Below are positions 17,222-26,551 of a stretch of DNA of 32,000 bases, piece by piece (the stretch's first letter is position 1; each line of letters begins with the position of its first letter). The notes beneath the pieces are model-generated. The model searched no databases and was not told where the DNA came from. It saw only the letters and a list, made by a program, of their open reading frames with translations. Source of the stretch: Cylindrospermopsis raciborskii Cr2010 (lineage in GTDB: Bacteria > Cyanobacteriota > Cyanobacteriia > Cyanobacteriales > Nostocaceae); NCBI RefSeq assembly GCF_003367075.2, contig NZ_CP065936.1:2460001-2492000 (forward strand), in the 5' to 3' direction. The position numbers and the translations under genes were made by a program.

Positions 17222-18481
17222 CTAAGAAAGCCATTCCAGAACAGCTTCTTCCTTGGTATTAGTATGGCGAGAAGGTGTTTCCCGTTCAAACTTCATGTGA
17301 ATAGAGCGGGTTTGCTCACCATCAGCAGCAACAGCCAAAATTGGGTAGTCAATCAAACCATCTTGGAAGGACATTTGGAAACGGAATGTACCATCTGGAT
17401 TGAGTTTAATTGGACGACCACCAATGGTCACCGTAGCATCTGGTTCAGTCGCACCATAGACAATTAGTTCCGCATCAGCAACCAACCAAAATTGTCTAGG
17501 ACGTACAGGTATTGCGGAAGCAGAGAATCCGACACCGGACATGCCAACACCAGACATATTAACGTTAATGCCAGATGCAGTGGGGACTGCCCACATACCA
17601 ACACCGGATGGGAAGACATAAGAACTTATAGCCTGTTCTGGACGTACGGAACCAGGTACATGCTGCATAGAGCCAAACAGGGAACCAGCAACTCTTTGTG
17701 CTTCCCCTGATTCCGCTAAATCATAGATTTTGTCACGAACTGGATCACCTCCAGGGATTGCAGTAGAAACTCCAATCGCCGCTTTCTTAGCAGGAGGTAT
17801 TAATTCATACTTGGTCTTACCACGCAGGTCTTCCTCAAAATCCACGGTGATGAACACATCTTCAATCCAATCCGAGGGATATACAGGAGGAATATGAACC
17901 CTCGCAGAACGTGCTAGCACCAACCAGCGACCATCGGGAGTACGATAGCCAATATCTATAACATAATCGCGATCGCTCACAGGAATAGGTAAGTACCATT
18001 CCCTAGCCAATTCGTCCGCAGGATATTCCTGAAGACTATGAGGACTTTGATGATCTAAATCAACATCGGTGACATCATAAATCCGTAGAGCCAATTGTTG
18101 TCCACCTTGGCGACGCAACTCTTGCTTATGCTCATTAGGTATATCCCAGTAGGTGTAAGCCCATTGTGGATCCCGGGGTAAAAGTACGATGCGACTTTCA
18201 CCATAACCACCTGGTAAATCTCCTAGTCCAGCGTCCACGTCAGACAAAGAACCACCATTACGATCTTCTTGACCTAGTTCAAATTTTGTTGCTTCCACGT
18301 TTTCCTGCGCCTCCAGTGACTGAGATGGACTAATCGAAAATTTGCGAGTTTGCACTTCTTGAATTGATGCCAGCAGTTGGGATTTACGCATTCTGCTGTA
18401 CCGAGATACACCATACTCACTGGCAACTTTACGGAGTTGCCTGAGGGTCATCTCCTCCATAGGTGGGCGTTCTTTTGCCAT
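17222..18481 (-). CDS. Rho_N-domain / DUF4912-type protein
   Basis: 419 aa. The N-terminus MEEMTLRQLRKVASEYGVSRYSRMRKSQLLASIQE matches the Rho termination factor N-terminal (SAP-like) helix pair. The central and C-terminal regions (RIVLLPRDPQWAYTYWDI..., LIVYGATEPDATVTIGGRPIKLNPDGTF) match what I recall of DUF4912. A GGAGG Shine-Dalgarno precedes the ATG. Confidence 0.75.
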   Translation of the reverse strand: MAKERPPMEEMTLRQLRKVASEYGVSRYSRMRKSQLLASIQEVQTRKFSISPSQSLEAQENVEATKFELGQEDRNGGSLSDVDAGLGDLPGGYGESRIVLLPRDPQWAYTYWDIPNEHKQELRRQGGQQLALRIYDVTDVDLDHQSPHSLQEYPADELAREWYLPIPVSDRDYVIDIGYRTPDGRWLVLARSARVHIPPVYPSDWIEDVFITVDFEEDLRGKTKYELIPPAKKAAIGVSTAIPGGDPVRDKIYDLAESGEAQRVAGSLFGSMQHVPGSVRPEQAISSYVFPSGVGMWAVPTASGINVNMSGVGMSGVGFSASAIPVRPRQFWLVADAELIVYGATEPDATVTIGGRPIKLNPDGTFRFQMSFQDGLIDYPILAVAADGEQTRSIHMKFERETPSRHTNTKEEAVLEWLS

Positions 18482-18819
18482 TGGCTTTAGCCTCCAGTAG
18501 TTTGTAGGGCAAATTGCTTCCCCTGATTATAGGAAGGTTCATAAAATGTTACCCATTCTAAATGAATTTTCATTCCTGACTTCTGGTTTTGCCCAGTGTA
18601 TAAGCGTTTTTATTGTTTTTTTAATTTGTTTACATACTTTCCGATTTTGGGATCGGGCGGTGTGTTTTTCCTGATGAAATACTAACAGGTAATTATGCCT
18701 ATTGATCAAGGAGTAGAGTGGGTTTTTTACCCATTTTACCTATTTATCAGGTCTTCGGGGATCAATTGTTATCAAATTATAACATTTACTCCCGGTTCAG
18801 GGATAGTTTTGTTAGGAAA

Positions 18820-19848
18820 TTATGACATTCTACCCAAACAGCTTTGGATAAATTTGCCGTAGACCCTTTTCATCAATAAAGTTGCCAATCGGAATTTAGT
18901 GAGTTGGGGAATAGTAGATAATTGATGGCTTTGATGGTCAAAAAAGTGGTTAATTTCCGATAGGATTACTAAAAGTCGTGCTGTGATGCTTTCAGTTCGA
19001 TGCTCAGACAAAACTTGATTAGACAAAGTTAAATGAACTGAGGAATCCAATATTTTTATAATGCGTTGTAAATCATACTCAATAGAATAACCAGCTATTT
19101 TATAGCAATTAAATGCGGGATCTAAATAATCTGAAAGACCACCGTTAATACTAGAAAAAACCTGACAACCACATGCTAAAGCTTCCATGGGTTGTAACCC
19201 AAAGCCTTCAGTAACAGACTGTTGGGCCCAGTATTCCGCAGAGTCATAAAGGTAAATCTTCGACCTATTGAATAGTCCTGGTAAATCTGGAACATAAGAA
19301 TCCGCTACTAAAACCCGACATTTTTGTTGGAGTGCGGGAATTAATTGCTGGAGTAGATATTCTGAGGACTTGCGAGACTGGACTAGGACATCAATATCCC
19401 TGTCTAAATGAAGATTAGTAAACTCGTCAGAAATTTGATTAGGTAAGTAATAAATTAAATTATTGGGTGCTTTTTGTCCCCAGTATCCCATAGTATTGCG
19501 ACTGACCGCAATAATAGGTATAGAAGATGGCAGATGAAATTTATATCCAGCACTGTGAGCATGATAGACCACATTGTATTTTTGCAGTTTACGTACCAAT
19601 TTAGGAATGTCAAATCCCCAGCTAACCACAAAAATCACATCCTGCAAATTTGGGTTTGGGAGGAGATCGTCCAAAAACAGTAGGTTTTTTTCCCGTTGTC
19701 GATAGGTGACAACTTCTGCATTACAGATGTTGCGGACTAAACTAATGGTTTTTAACTCAGCCCAAAGACCACCACAGGCGAACTTACCATTTGTTCCCGG
19801 TAATAAAAAGTAAAGTTTTCTCATTTTTTTTATAGATGTCCCGTTCAT
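18820..19848 (-). CDS. putative GT-B fold glycosyltransferase (GT4-like)
   Basis: 342 aa. The C-terminal half carries an E-x7-E type motif (EGFGLQPMEALACGCQVFSS...GG..DYL). The N-terminal half is unrecognised. The gene is very AT-rich. Confidence 0.55.
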   Translation of the reverse strand: MNGTSIKKMRKLYFLLPGTNGKFACGGLWAELKTISLVRNICNAEVVTYRQREKNLLFLDDLLPNPNLQDVIFVVSWGFDIPKLVRKLQKYNVVYHAHSAGYKFHLPSSIPIIAVSRNTMGYWGQKAPNNLIYYLPNQISDEFTNLHLDRDIDVLVQSRKSSEYLLQQLIPALQQKCRVLVADSYVPDLPGLFNRSKIYLYDSAEYWAQQSVTEGFGLQPMEALACGCQVFSSINGGLSDYLDPAFNCYKIAGYSIEYDLQRIIKILDSSVHLTLSNQVLSEHRTESITARLLVILSEINHFFDHQSHQLSTIPQLTKFRLATLLMKRVYGKFIQSCLGRMS

Positions 19849-19918
19849 GCTAAAATGCTTCTTTGGATTTATAGGCAGCTTTTTGATAGAGCAAACAGAT
19901 GTTAGTTTGTCAAATCAA

Positions 19919-20212
19919 TTAGCTGATATTTGAATCCTGTGAACCATTTGAGATATCGTAGTTAGGCAATGTACAACAATTAATATCATTTAAGCATACT
20001 TTTCCCCACTGTAAAGCCCAACGTACTAAAGCTACTCGGTTGTCTGTCCTGGTTTTGGTCAAGATATTGCTAATGTGGTTATCAACCGTACGTTTACTAA
20101 TTTCCAACTTTGCTGCAATTTCTTGGTTAGTTAAGCCTGCGGCCACCAAGTCGATGATTTGCAGTTCTCTATCTGAGAGAGTAACAGGGGTCCGAGACTC
20201 ACTAGTAGCCAT
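19919..20212 (-). CDS. LuxR/GerE-type HTH protein without receiver or ligand domain (LuxR solo, 97 aa)
   Basis: LSDRELQIIDLVAAGLTNQEIAAKLEISKRTVDNHISNILTKTRTDNRVALVRWAL is a complete GerE-type HTH. Only about 12 aa precede it. Confidence 0.8.
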   Translation of the reverse strand: MATSESRTPVTLSDRELQIIDLVAAGLTNQEIAAKLEISKRTVDNHISNILTKTRTDNRVALVRWALQWGKVCLNDINCCTLPNYDISNGSQDSNIS

Positions 20213-20433
20213 GATTTATAGATTTCTCCGTTAGTATTCCAAAGATTAACTCTGTTGGTAGTTAAAAATAGACAAATTTGTTATATTATTGCACCAAATA
20301 TTCTAAAAGATAGGATAAATTTAAGATATAATTTAGTTGTTTGATCATATTGAACAGACTAAAAATAGTGAACTCTATTGTTTTTGAATCCATTCCTACA
20401 GACTCCCCAACTAGGTCATTTATCTAAAGTCAG

Positions 20434-21414
20434 ATGAGTAATTCCAGTGTTTTGTGTCTTGGCGAGATTTTATTTGATTGTCTAGCTGATCAAATAGGTC
20501 TAAAATTAGAAGAAGTGAACTCCTGGACTCCTTACCCGGGGGGAGCTCCTGCTAATGTGGCCTGTGCTTTGGTTAAACTAGGAACAAAAGCAGGATTTAT
20601 CGGTGCTGTAGGACAGGATGAACCAGGTGACACCCTGGTAAAACTCCTGGGAGATGTAGGTGTAGATACTAGAGGTGTTCAACGCCATCCTACAGCTCCT
20701 ACCCGTCAAGTTTATGTGGTTAGAGACTTGAATGGCGATCGCACTTTTGCTGGATTTGGTAAATATCATACCAGGGAGTTTGCTGACACCTGCTTAAAGG
20801 CCAGTGATTTACCTGAAGAGTTGTTTAACGAAGCGGATTTTTTAGTCTTGGGAACATTAGAATTGGCCTACCCCGAAAGTGAAGCCGCTACTCATCAAGC
20901 TTTAAAACTAGCGGAACGGTATGACTTAAAGATTATTTTGGATGTGAATTGGCGACCTGTGTTTTGGCAAGACAGCGAGTTAGCAAAGCAGAAGATTCAC
21001 CAAATATTACCCAATTGTGATTTTATCAAGCTGACTAAAGAAGAGGGCGAGTGGCTATTTAATACTAGTGATGCCGGGGCAATTACTTATAGAATTAACT
21101 CTTTAGAAGGGGTTTTAGTAACAGATGGAGAAAATGGTTGTTCCTATTGTTTGGCGGAAAATGAGGGCAAACTACCAGCCTTTTCCGTACCCGTGGTGGA
21201 TACCACTGGTGCGGGAGATAGTTTTTTGGCTGGGTTTGTCCATCAGTTAAACCAGTATGGCATTCAAGCTTTAAGCGATCCGCAAATTGCCAAATCTGTT
21301 ATTACCTATGCCAGTGCGGTAGGTGCCATGACTACTATCAACCCAGGAGCGATCGCATCTCAACCAACTGCACAGGAAGTAGAGACTTTTCTCCATCGAT
21401 TTAACCCCGAATGA
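20434..21414 (+). CDS. PfkB-family carbohydrate kinase (fructokinase-like)
   Basis: 326 aa with an N-terminal VLCLGEILFDC...PGGAPANVA and the C-terminal PfkB signature DTTGAGDSFLAGF. Confidence 0.85.
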   Translation: MSNSSVLCLGEILFDCLADQIGLKLEEVNSWTPYPGGAPANVACALVKLGTKAGFIGAVGQDEPGDTLVKLLGDVGVDTRGVQRHPTAPTRQVYVVRDLNGDRTFAGFGKYHTREFADTCLKASDLPEELFNEADFLVLGTLELAYPESEAATHQALKLAERYDLKIILDVNWRPVFWQDSELAKQKIHQILPNCDFIKLTKEEGEWLFNTSDAGAITYRINSLEGVLVTDGENGCSYCLAENEGKLPAFSVPVVDTTGAGDSFLAGFVHQLNQYGIQALSDPQIAKSVITYASAVGAMTTINPGAIASQPTAQEVETFLHRFNPE

Positions 21415-22981
21415 CAACGATTGCTCTACCCCCTGGACTGACCACTTCTTCTGTAGTCGTGCGTTCTTCAATGGGAAGTAAACCAGGACGGCGATCGAAG
21501 ATGACTAACCAACCCGTATGGAGTCCCAGTCCCGCGAGATATTTGTCTAACTGTTGGAGTCCCTGGGGGAGTGGATCTTTCTTACCCGGTTTCCACACCT
21601 TCAGTTCCATCCCCATCACCACTGCACCGTAGCGCAAACAAATATCCATGCGACCTGAGCCGATCGCGTACTCCCGCTCTAACCTACCGCCACCATTCAG
21701 TACGCGATGCAAAAACGCCATTAACACCAGATGAGGAGCAATTTCATGGTAAGGCGCACTTTTCAAAAGAGGTTCCCCATGTTGTCGCCAAAAGTCCAGA
21801 AAAGACCCCAGTAGTGCCTCTGGATTCAGGCTACGATCAGGGTTTAGCCAATGGGGATTAAGAGAAGGTGCAGGTAAGGAAGCAGTGGTTACATAAGCCA
21901 GCACCCTGGGAATAATCTCTTTGTAAATTGGGTTAGCTACTTGCAAGCCACTGCCATTTTGCAAGCGGCAAAGTCCTAAATCCAGTAACAGTTGTACATC
22001 ATCCTCTGGTATATTCCCCAGTTCATCACCAGATAACATGGGTTCAAAAATAGCCTGAATTTCAGGCTCTCGCAACCGCTTCACTAAGCTATCTAGGTGG
22101 GTTTCTTGACGTTGAATAATCAATTCCTTCGCCTGAGCAACCTCTGCAACGGTAATGGGCTGAGTGGGATCAGTGACTAAGACTTCCACCAGTTGACGAG
22201 CGATCGCATTGACTAACCAGGGTTGCCCTTGGGTTAAATGAAACACTAACGCCACGGCTTCTGGTAAAAACACCTGTCCCGTTGCGTCCGTGTGTTGCTG
22301 GTAGAGAGTAGTCACCTCTGAAAGGGTGAAGTTACTGAGGGTAAAGGACTCTAGTTTTATATTAAAGGGGCTAGCAGTATTGAGGCGAAAACTACCACCA
22401 GAAGCAACCTTGTAATCCCGTACATCTCGCACCCCAATCAAGGCTAGGGAATGGGGAAAACCGTGGGGACGGAGGGGAAAACCGGCTCGTAACTGTCGCA
22501 GCACTGTAATCAGGGTTTCATCTTCCAGACTGTCAATTTCATCTAAAAAGACCACCAGAGGACGAGGAGAAGCGAGAGTCCAAGCCTGAAGATAGGTTTT
22601 AATATCCAAATCACTGGGGTCAAGTAAACCCATTTCTTCTTGAATGTCTCGCAACTTGGGTGGTTGTAGTTCCCCAGGTAAAGTTACCTTAGTCGTGCCA
22701 ATCCAACTCCGAATAATATATTTTTCAGCCAGTATAGGGTCATGTTTGAAGGCGGATCCGGTTTCTACTGACAGAACAATCGCTGTGTAGTTACCACTTT
22801 CTGTTAACTGCTGTGCGAGGGTCATCATAGCAGTGGTTTTTCCCGTTTGACGGGGAGCATGAATGACAAAATAACCTCGCTGATCAATCAGGTTCCCTAA
22901 GGTGGGAAGACGATCGAGGGATGAAAGCATATAGTGGATGTCGGATTGGCAGGGGCCAGCGGTGTTAAAGTGTTTGGGCAT
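21401..22981 (-). CDS. P-loop ATPase fused to a C-terminal PD-(D/E)xK nuclease-like domain
   Basis: 526 aa. Walker A is HAPRQTGKTT and Walker B is LVVFLDEID. The C-terminal GRMDICL...MGMELKVWK forms a D...ExK motif. The N-terminus MPKHFNTAGPC..DIHYML resembles the AAA-ATPase-like/PDDEXK_9 type family as I recall it. Confidence 0.8.
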   Translation of the reverse strand: MPKHFNTAGPCQSDIHYMLSSLDRLPTLGNLIDQRGYFVIHAPRQTGKTTAMMTLAQQLTESGNYTAIVLSVETGSAFKHDPILAEKYIIRSWIGTTKVTLPGELQPPKLRDIQEEMGLLDPSDLDIKTYLQAWTLASPRPLVVFLDEIDSLEDETLITVLRQLRAGFPLRPHGFPHSLALIGVRDVRDYKVASGGSFRLNTASPFNIKLESFTLSNFTLSEVTTLYQQHTDATGQVFLPEAVALVFHLTQGQPWLVNAIARQLVEVLVTDPTQPITVAEVAQAKELIIQRQETHLDSLVKRLREPEIQAIFEPMLSGDELGNIPEDDVQLLLDLGLCRLQNGSGLQVANPIYKEIIPRVLAYVTTASLPAPSLNPHWLNPDRSLNPEALLGSFLDFWRQHGEPLLKSAPYHEIAPHLVLMAFLHRVLNGGGRLEREYAIGSGRMDICLRYGAVVMGMELKVWKPGKKDPLPQGLQQLDKYLAGLGLHTGWLVIFDRRPGLLPIEERTTTEEVVSPGGRAIVVIRG

Positions 22982-22984
22982 GGT

Positions 22985-24343
22985 TTAGCAATGTCGATGA
23001 CAAACTTCTACTAATGTGCTGGTAAAATTAGGATAGGAAATAGCTGCTGCTTCAGCACGATGAATGGTAGTAGTACCAAGAGCATTTAAAGCTGCGATCG
23101 CCAAACTCATGCCAATTCTATGATCTGTATAACTATCCACCTCCGTACCTACTAAAGTAGTACCACCAATAATTTCCATACCATCAGGTAACTCAGTAAC
23201 TCTAGCACCCATTTTATTCAACTGTTGTGCCATTACAGTAATGCGATCGCTCTCCTTGACTCGCAACTCTGCTGCATCTCTTATTATAGTTGTTCCCTTA
23301 GCAAAGGTAGCAGCAACGGACAAAATAGGAATTTCATCAATTAGTCTAGGTATAATATCGCCAGCAATGGTACAACTTTGTAGTTGACTAGAGCGCACAT
23401 GCAAATCAGCAACAGGTTCTCCTGCGACTTCCCGCTGATTTTCTAATTGGATATTTGCTCCCATAATAGTCAAAGCTTCCAGAATTCCTGTGCGGGTGGG
23501 ATTGACACCGACATTTTCTACCACTAAATCAGATCCAGGAACAATAGATCCAGCAACCAACCAAAAAGCAGCAGAGCTGATATCACCAGGAACAATCACC
23601 TTCTGACCATAAAGTTTAGCGTTACCCGTAATAGTCACACTATTGCTTCCTGGGTCTATGGTTAAATCCGCTCCAAAAGCCTTTAACATTCGTTCACTGT
23701 GATCTCGAGATAAAGCTGGCTCTGTTACCGTAGTTTTTCCTTCCGTGTTCAAACCAGCAAGAAGAATACAAGATTTGACCTGAGCTGAAGCAATGGGGGA
23801 GTGATAATGGATGGGTTTAAGAGATTGCCCTTGAATAGCTAAAGGTGCTAAAGTATTACCCTTTCTACCCCAGATTTGAGCTGACATTTGTTGTAAAGGC
23901 TTGACCACACGGGACATGGGACGCGATCGCAAGGAATCATCACCAGTCACAGCGAAAAATCTGCCAGGATGGGAAGCTAACAAACCCAACATTAGGCGAA
24001 TAGTCGTACCCGAGTTGCCCGCATTTAAAACATCGAGAGGTTCTTGGAAATTCCCTAAACCAATACCCTTAACCCGCACCAACTGGGTGTTCAAATCAGA
24101 AATTTCCGCACCCAGAGAACGAAAACAGCTGGAGGTGCTGCGGGGATCCTCACCCAATAGCAGTCCTTGAATTTCCGTTTCTCCCTCAGCAATAGCTCCC
24201 AACATCAAAGCGCGATGAGAAATAGACTTATCACCGGGAACCTGAATGCGACCTTGTAGAGACAAATCGGAATCAGATCTGTGAATAATTAAGTTATGAG
24301 AACCAGTTTCTTGAGTTTCTAAGGTTATAATATCAGCTGACAT
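22985..24343 (-). CDS. aroA: 3-phosphoshikimate 1-carboxyvinyltransferase (EPSP synthase)
   Basis: 452 aa with [38 protein letters not shown] and RVKESDR motifs. Confidence 0.95.
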   Translation of the reverse strand: MSADIITLETQETGSHNLIIHRSDSDLSLQGRIQVPGDKSISHRALMLGAIAEGETEIQGLLLGEDPRSTSSCFRSLGAEISDLNTQLVRVKGIGLGNFQEPLDVLNAGNSGTTIRLMLGLLASHPGRFFAVTGDDSLRSRPMSRVVKPLQQMSAQIWGRKGNTLAPLAIQGQSLKPIHYHSPIASAQVKSCILLAGLNTEGKTTVTEPALSRDHSERMLKAFGADLTIDPGSNSVTITGNAKLYGQKVIVPGDISSAAFWLVAGSIVPGSDLVVENVGVNPTRTGILEALTIMGANIQLENQREVAGEPVADLHVRSSQLQSCTIAGDIIPRLIDEIPILSVAATFAKGTTIIRDAAELRVKESDRITVMAQQLNKMGARVTELPDGMEIIGGTTLVGTEVDSYTDHRIGMSLAIAALNALGTTTIHRAEAAAISYPNFTSTLVEVCHRHC

Positions 24344-24490
24344 TAGAGTACACTAGCTTTGGAATAGGTGGGAATTTTTCAGTCGCTTCTGTTGCTGTCA
24401 CTGGTAAATTCCTCCCCAATATCCTACCCCTTTTTAGGTCCTAGTATCCAAGTTTCTAACAAAACATGCTCTCCCATATAGCTGCGGCGA

Positions 24491-25009
24491 TTGATCATGC
24501 TCACTCATCACCACAAACCCGTTTGTTTATCTATTATTTCCACCGATTTACCAGTTTGGTCAGTGGTGGAAACTCCTGCTACCCTATATCAAAAAGATAG
24601 TGAAAGGTTTCACCTACTTCTAACAGCACCCCCCTTAATTAGTTGTGAAGCAGACAATATGTCCACTACGGAAAATGCGATCGCTCCCATCCACAAACAT
24701 TTGCAAACCCCTCCCAGTCCCAGAGTTTTATGGTTAGAGATTTCACCCTACCGAATAACCATGACCATGCAGGGTAATACTCAAATCAGTTACAGGCATT
24801 TTTGGGAGAAAGGGGTTTATGGAATTAGTCGCTATTGGCTACCTCTGGAATCTTTACAACCATGCCAACCCATTCGCTTACGTAATTTTACCACTAATCT
24901 AAAATTAACTGGAAAAATTTTGCCAGAAAATTTACGGATTGAATATGAATTGTGGTCGCAAAAGTTGCAATTGGGTCGATACATTCTCAACTTGGAAATT
25001 CATCATTGA
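24491..25009 (+). CDS. hypothetical protein upstream of the ThyA-fold gene (start uncertain: TTG 24491, ATG 24497 or ATG 24659)
   Basis: ORF of 172 aa, or 116 aa from the internal ATG. The stop lies 9 nt before the next start, which suggests co-transcription. I recognise no family. Confidence 0.45.
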   Translation: MIMLTHHHKPVCLSIISTDLPVWSVVETPATLYQKDSERFHLLLTAPPLISCEADNMSTTENAIAPIHKHLQTPPSPRVLWLEISPYRITMTMQGNTQISYRHFWEKGVYGISRYWLPLESLQPCQPIRLRNFTTNLKLTGKILPENLRIEYELWSQKLQLGRYILNLEIHH

Positions 25010-25018
25010 TCTGTTCAT

Positions 25019-26551
25019 ATGACACCAGAAGTTAAAATGGATAGATTTAATTACATTGCAAAGTATAAAAGCAATCAATTGATTTACGGTCATGGAAACA
25101 CAGCAGTAGTAACTGGTTGGACCGTAAAAGAAGCCCTATGTAAACGTCTACAACCATCCGAGTATGCAGTTATTGGACAGTTGTACTCATCAACTAGGGG
25201 GATAAATATATTAGTTCGCAATTTGTTGTTAAATCCCCATGTGCACTATTTAATAGTTATAAATGCTACTAAAGAAGATAAAAATGCTGGTGCTATAGAA
25301 TGTTTGCTAGATTTTTTTGCTCATGGTGTGGAAGAAAATTTTAGTGCTAGTGGTCGCAGGTCTTGGGTAATTTGCTCTTCTATTACTGGATATATAGATA
25401 TTGATATTGACCTGAATGCTTTAGAAAAACTACGTCACAGTATAGAGGTAGCAACAGCAAAATCAATTTCCCTAGCGGTGGAAAAAATTAAATATTACGC
25501 CCAAAAACCTATGATTGCTCCTTGGGGTATGGCACTAGAATTTCCCATATCTCAGTTTGAAACCACAATTTTACCGGGGGTACGCTACGGCCATAGAATA
25601 GAAGGTAAAACCATAGCTGAAACCTGGGTGAAGATTATCCATCGGATTAAAACCACAGGGATAATTAGACCTAGTGCTTATGATAGTCAATGGCAAGAAT
25701 TAATCGATTTAATGGCAATTATCACCGATGAACCTGATGATTTTTATTTTCCTGAGCCTAATTATTTACCCATCGAAAGAAGCTATTTACCAGAATATAT
25801 TTCCCAGGTTTTAGATGATGCTCCTGACCAAGAAGGTGTCAAATATACTTATGGGAAAAGATTACGTTCTTGGTTTGGCAAAGACCAAATTCAACAGGTC
25901 ATTGATAAATTAATTAATGATCCTGATTCTGCTAGAGCAGTCATGTCTTTATGGGATGCGGTCAAGGATGAGCATGACAGTCCACCCTGTTTAAATCATA
26001 TTTGGGTGAGAATAGTAGATGATCAATTATCTCTAACAGCAACATTCCGTAGTAATGATATGTTTTCTGCTTGGCCAGCCAATGGGATGGGATTAAGAGC
26101 TTTACAAAAATATATTTATGATGGCATTGTCCGGGGATCTGATATTCATCAGAACCTCCAACTTGGACCGTTAATTACTGTTAGTCAAAGTGCTCATATT
26201 TATGATGAATGCTGGGAACATGCAGAAAATGTAATTGCTTCCCACTACCACAAAATATGCCAAAAAAAGGATTACTATGACCCAGCTGGCAACTTTATTA
26301 TTTACCTCCAAAATGGTAGCATTATAGTGGAGCATACTACTCCTAATTCAGGCGAAGTAGTTAATTGTTATTCTGGTAAATCCTCCACTCAACTCTCCCG
26401 AGAAATAACATTAAATTCTCCCGGACTACAAGTTGACCACGCTATGTATTTGGGTTCGGAATTACAAAAGGCCGAAATAGCTCTATCCAGTGACTATCAC
26501 CTGATTTATCAACAGGATAAACCCTTGAAGTTTAGTCTGAACCCGGCTTAA
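25019..26551 (+). CDS. thymidylate-synthase (ThyA) fold protein with additional N- and C-terminal domains
   Basis: 510 aa. The central region carries ThyA-like motifs [36 protein letters not shown] (putative catalytic Cys), [26 protein letters not shown] and SQSAHIY. The flanking ~190-aa N-terminal and ~100-aa C-terminal regions are not ThyA-like. Confidence 0.8.
   Translation: MTPEVKMDRFNYIAKYKSNQLIYGHGNTAVVTGWTVKEALCKRLQPSEYAVIGQLYSSTRGINILVRNLLLNPHVHYLIVINATKEDKNAGAIECLLDFFAHGVEENFSASGRRSWVICSSITGYIDIDIDLNALEKLRHSIEVATAKSISLAVEKIKYYAQKPMIAPWGMALEFPISQFETTILPGVRYGHRIEGKTIAETWVKIIHRIKTTGIIRPSAYDSQWQELIDLMAIITDEPDDFYFPEPNYLPIERSYLPEYISQVLDDAPDQEGVKYTYGKRLRSWFGKDQIQQVIDKLINDPDSARAVMSLWDAVKDEHDSPPCLNHIWVRIVDDQLSLTATFRSNDMFSAWPANGMGLRALQKYIYDGIVRGSDIHQNLQLGPLITVSQSAHIYDECWEHAENVIASHYHKICQKKDYYDPAGNFIIYLQNGSIIVEHTTPNSGEVVNCYSGKSSTQLSREITLNSPGLQVDHAMYLGSELQKAEIALSSDYHLIYQQDKPLKFSLNPA

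Noticed and set aside
16769-17710. ORFs 16769..17008 (-), 17264..17467 (+) and 17492..17710 (+)
   Set aside because: Antisense to phoH and to the DUF4912 gene respectively.
19474-20234. ORFs 19474..19683 (+) and 20040..20234 (+)
   Set aside because: Antisense to the glycosyltransferase and LuxR genes.
20578-21861. ORFs 20578..20769 (-), 21271..21471 (-), 21411..21632 (+) and 21571..21861 (+)
   Set aside because: Shadows of the fructokinase and ATPase-nuclease frames.
23901-24170. ORF 23901..24170 (+)
   Set aside because: Antisense to aroA.
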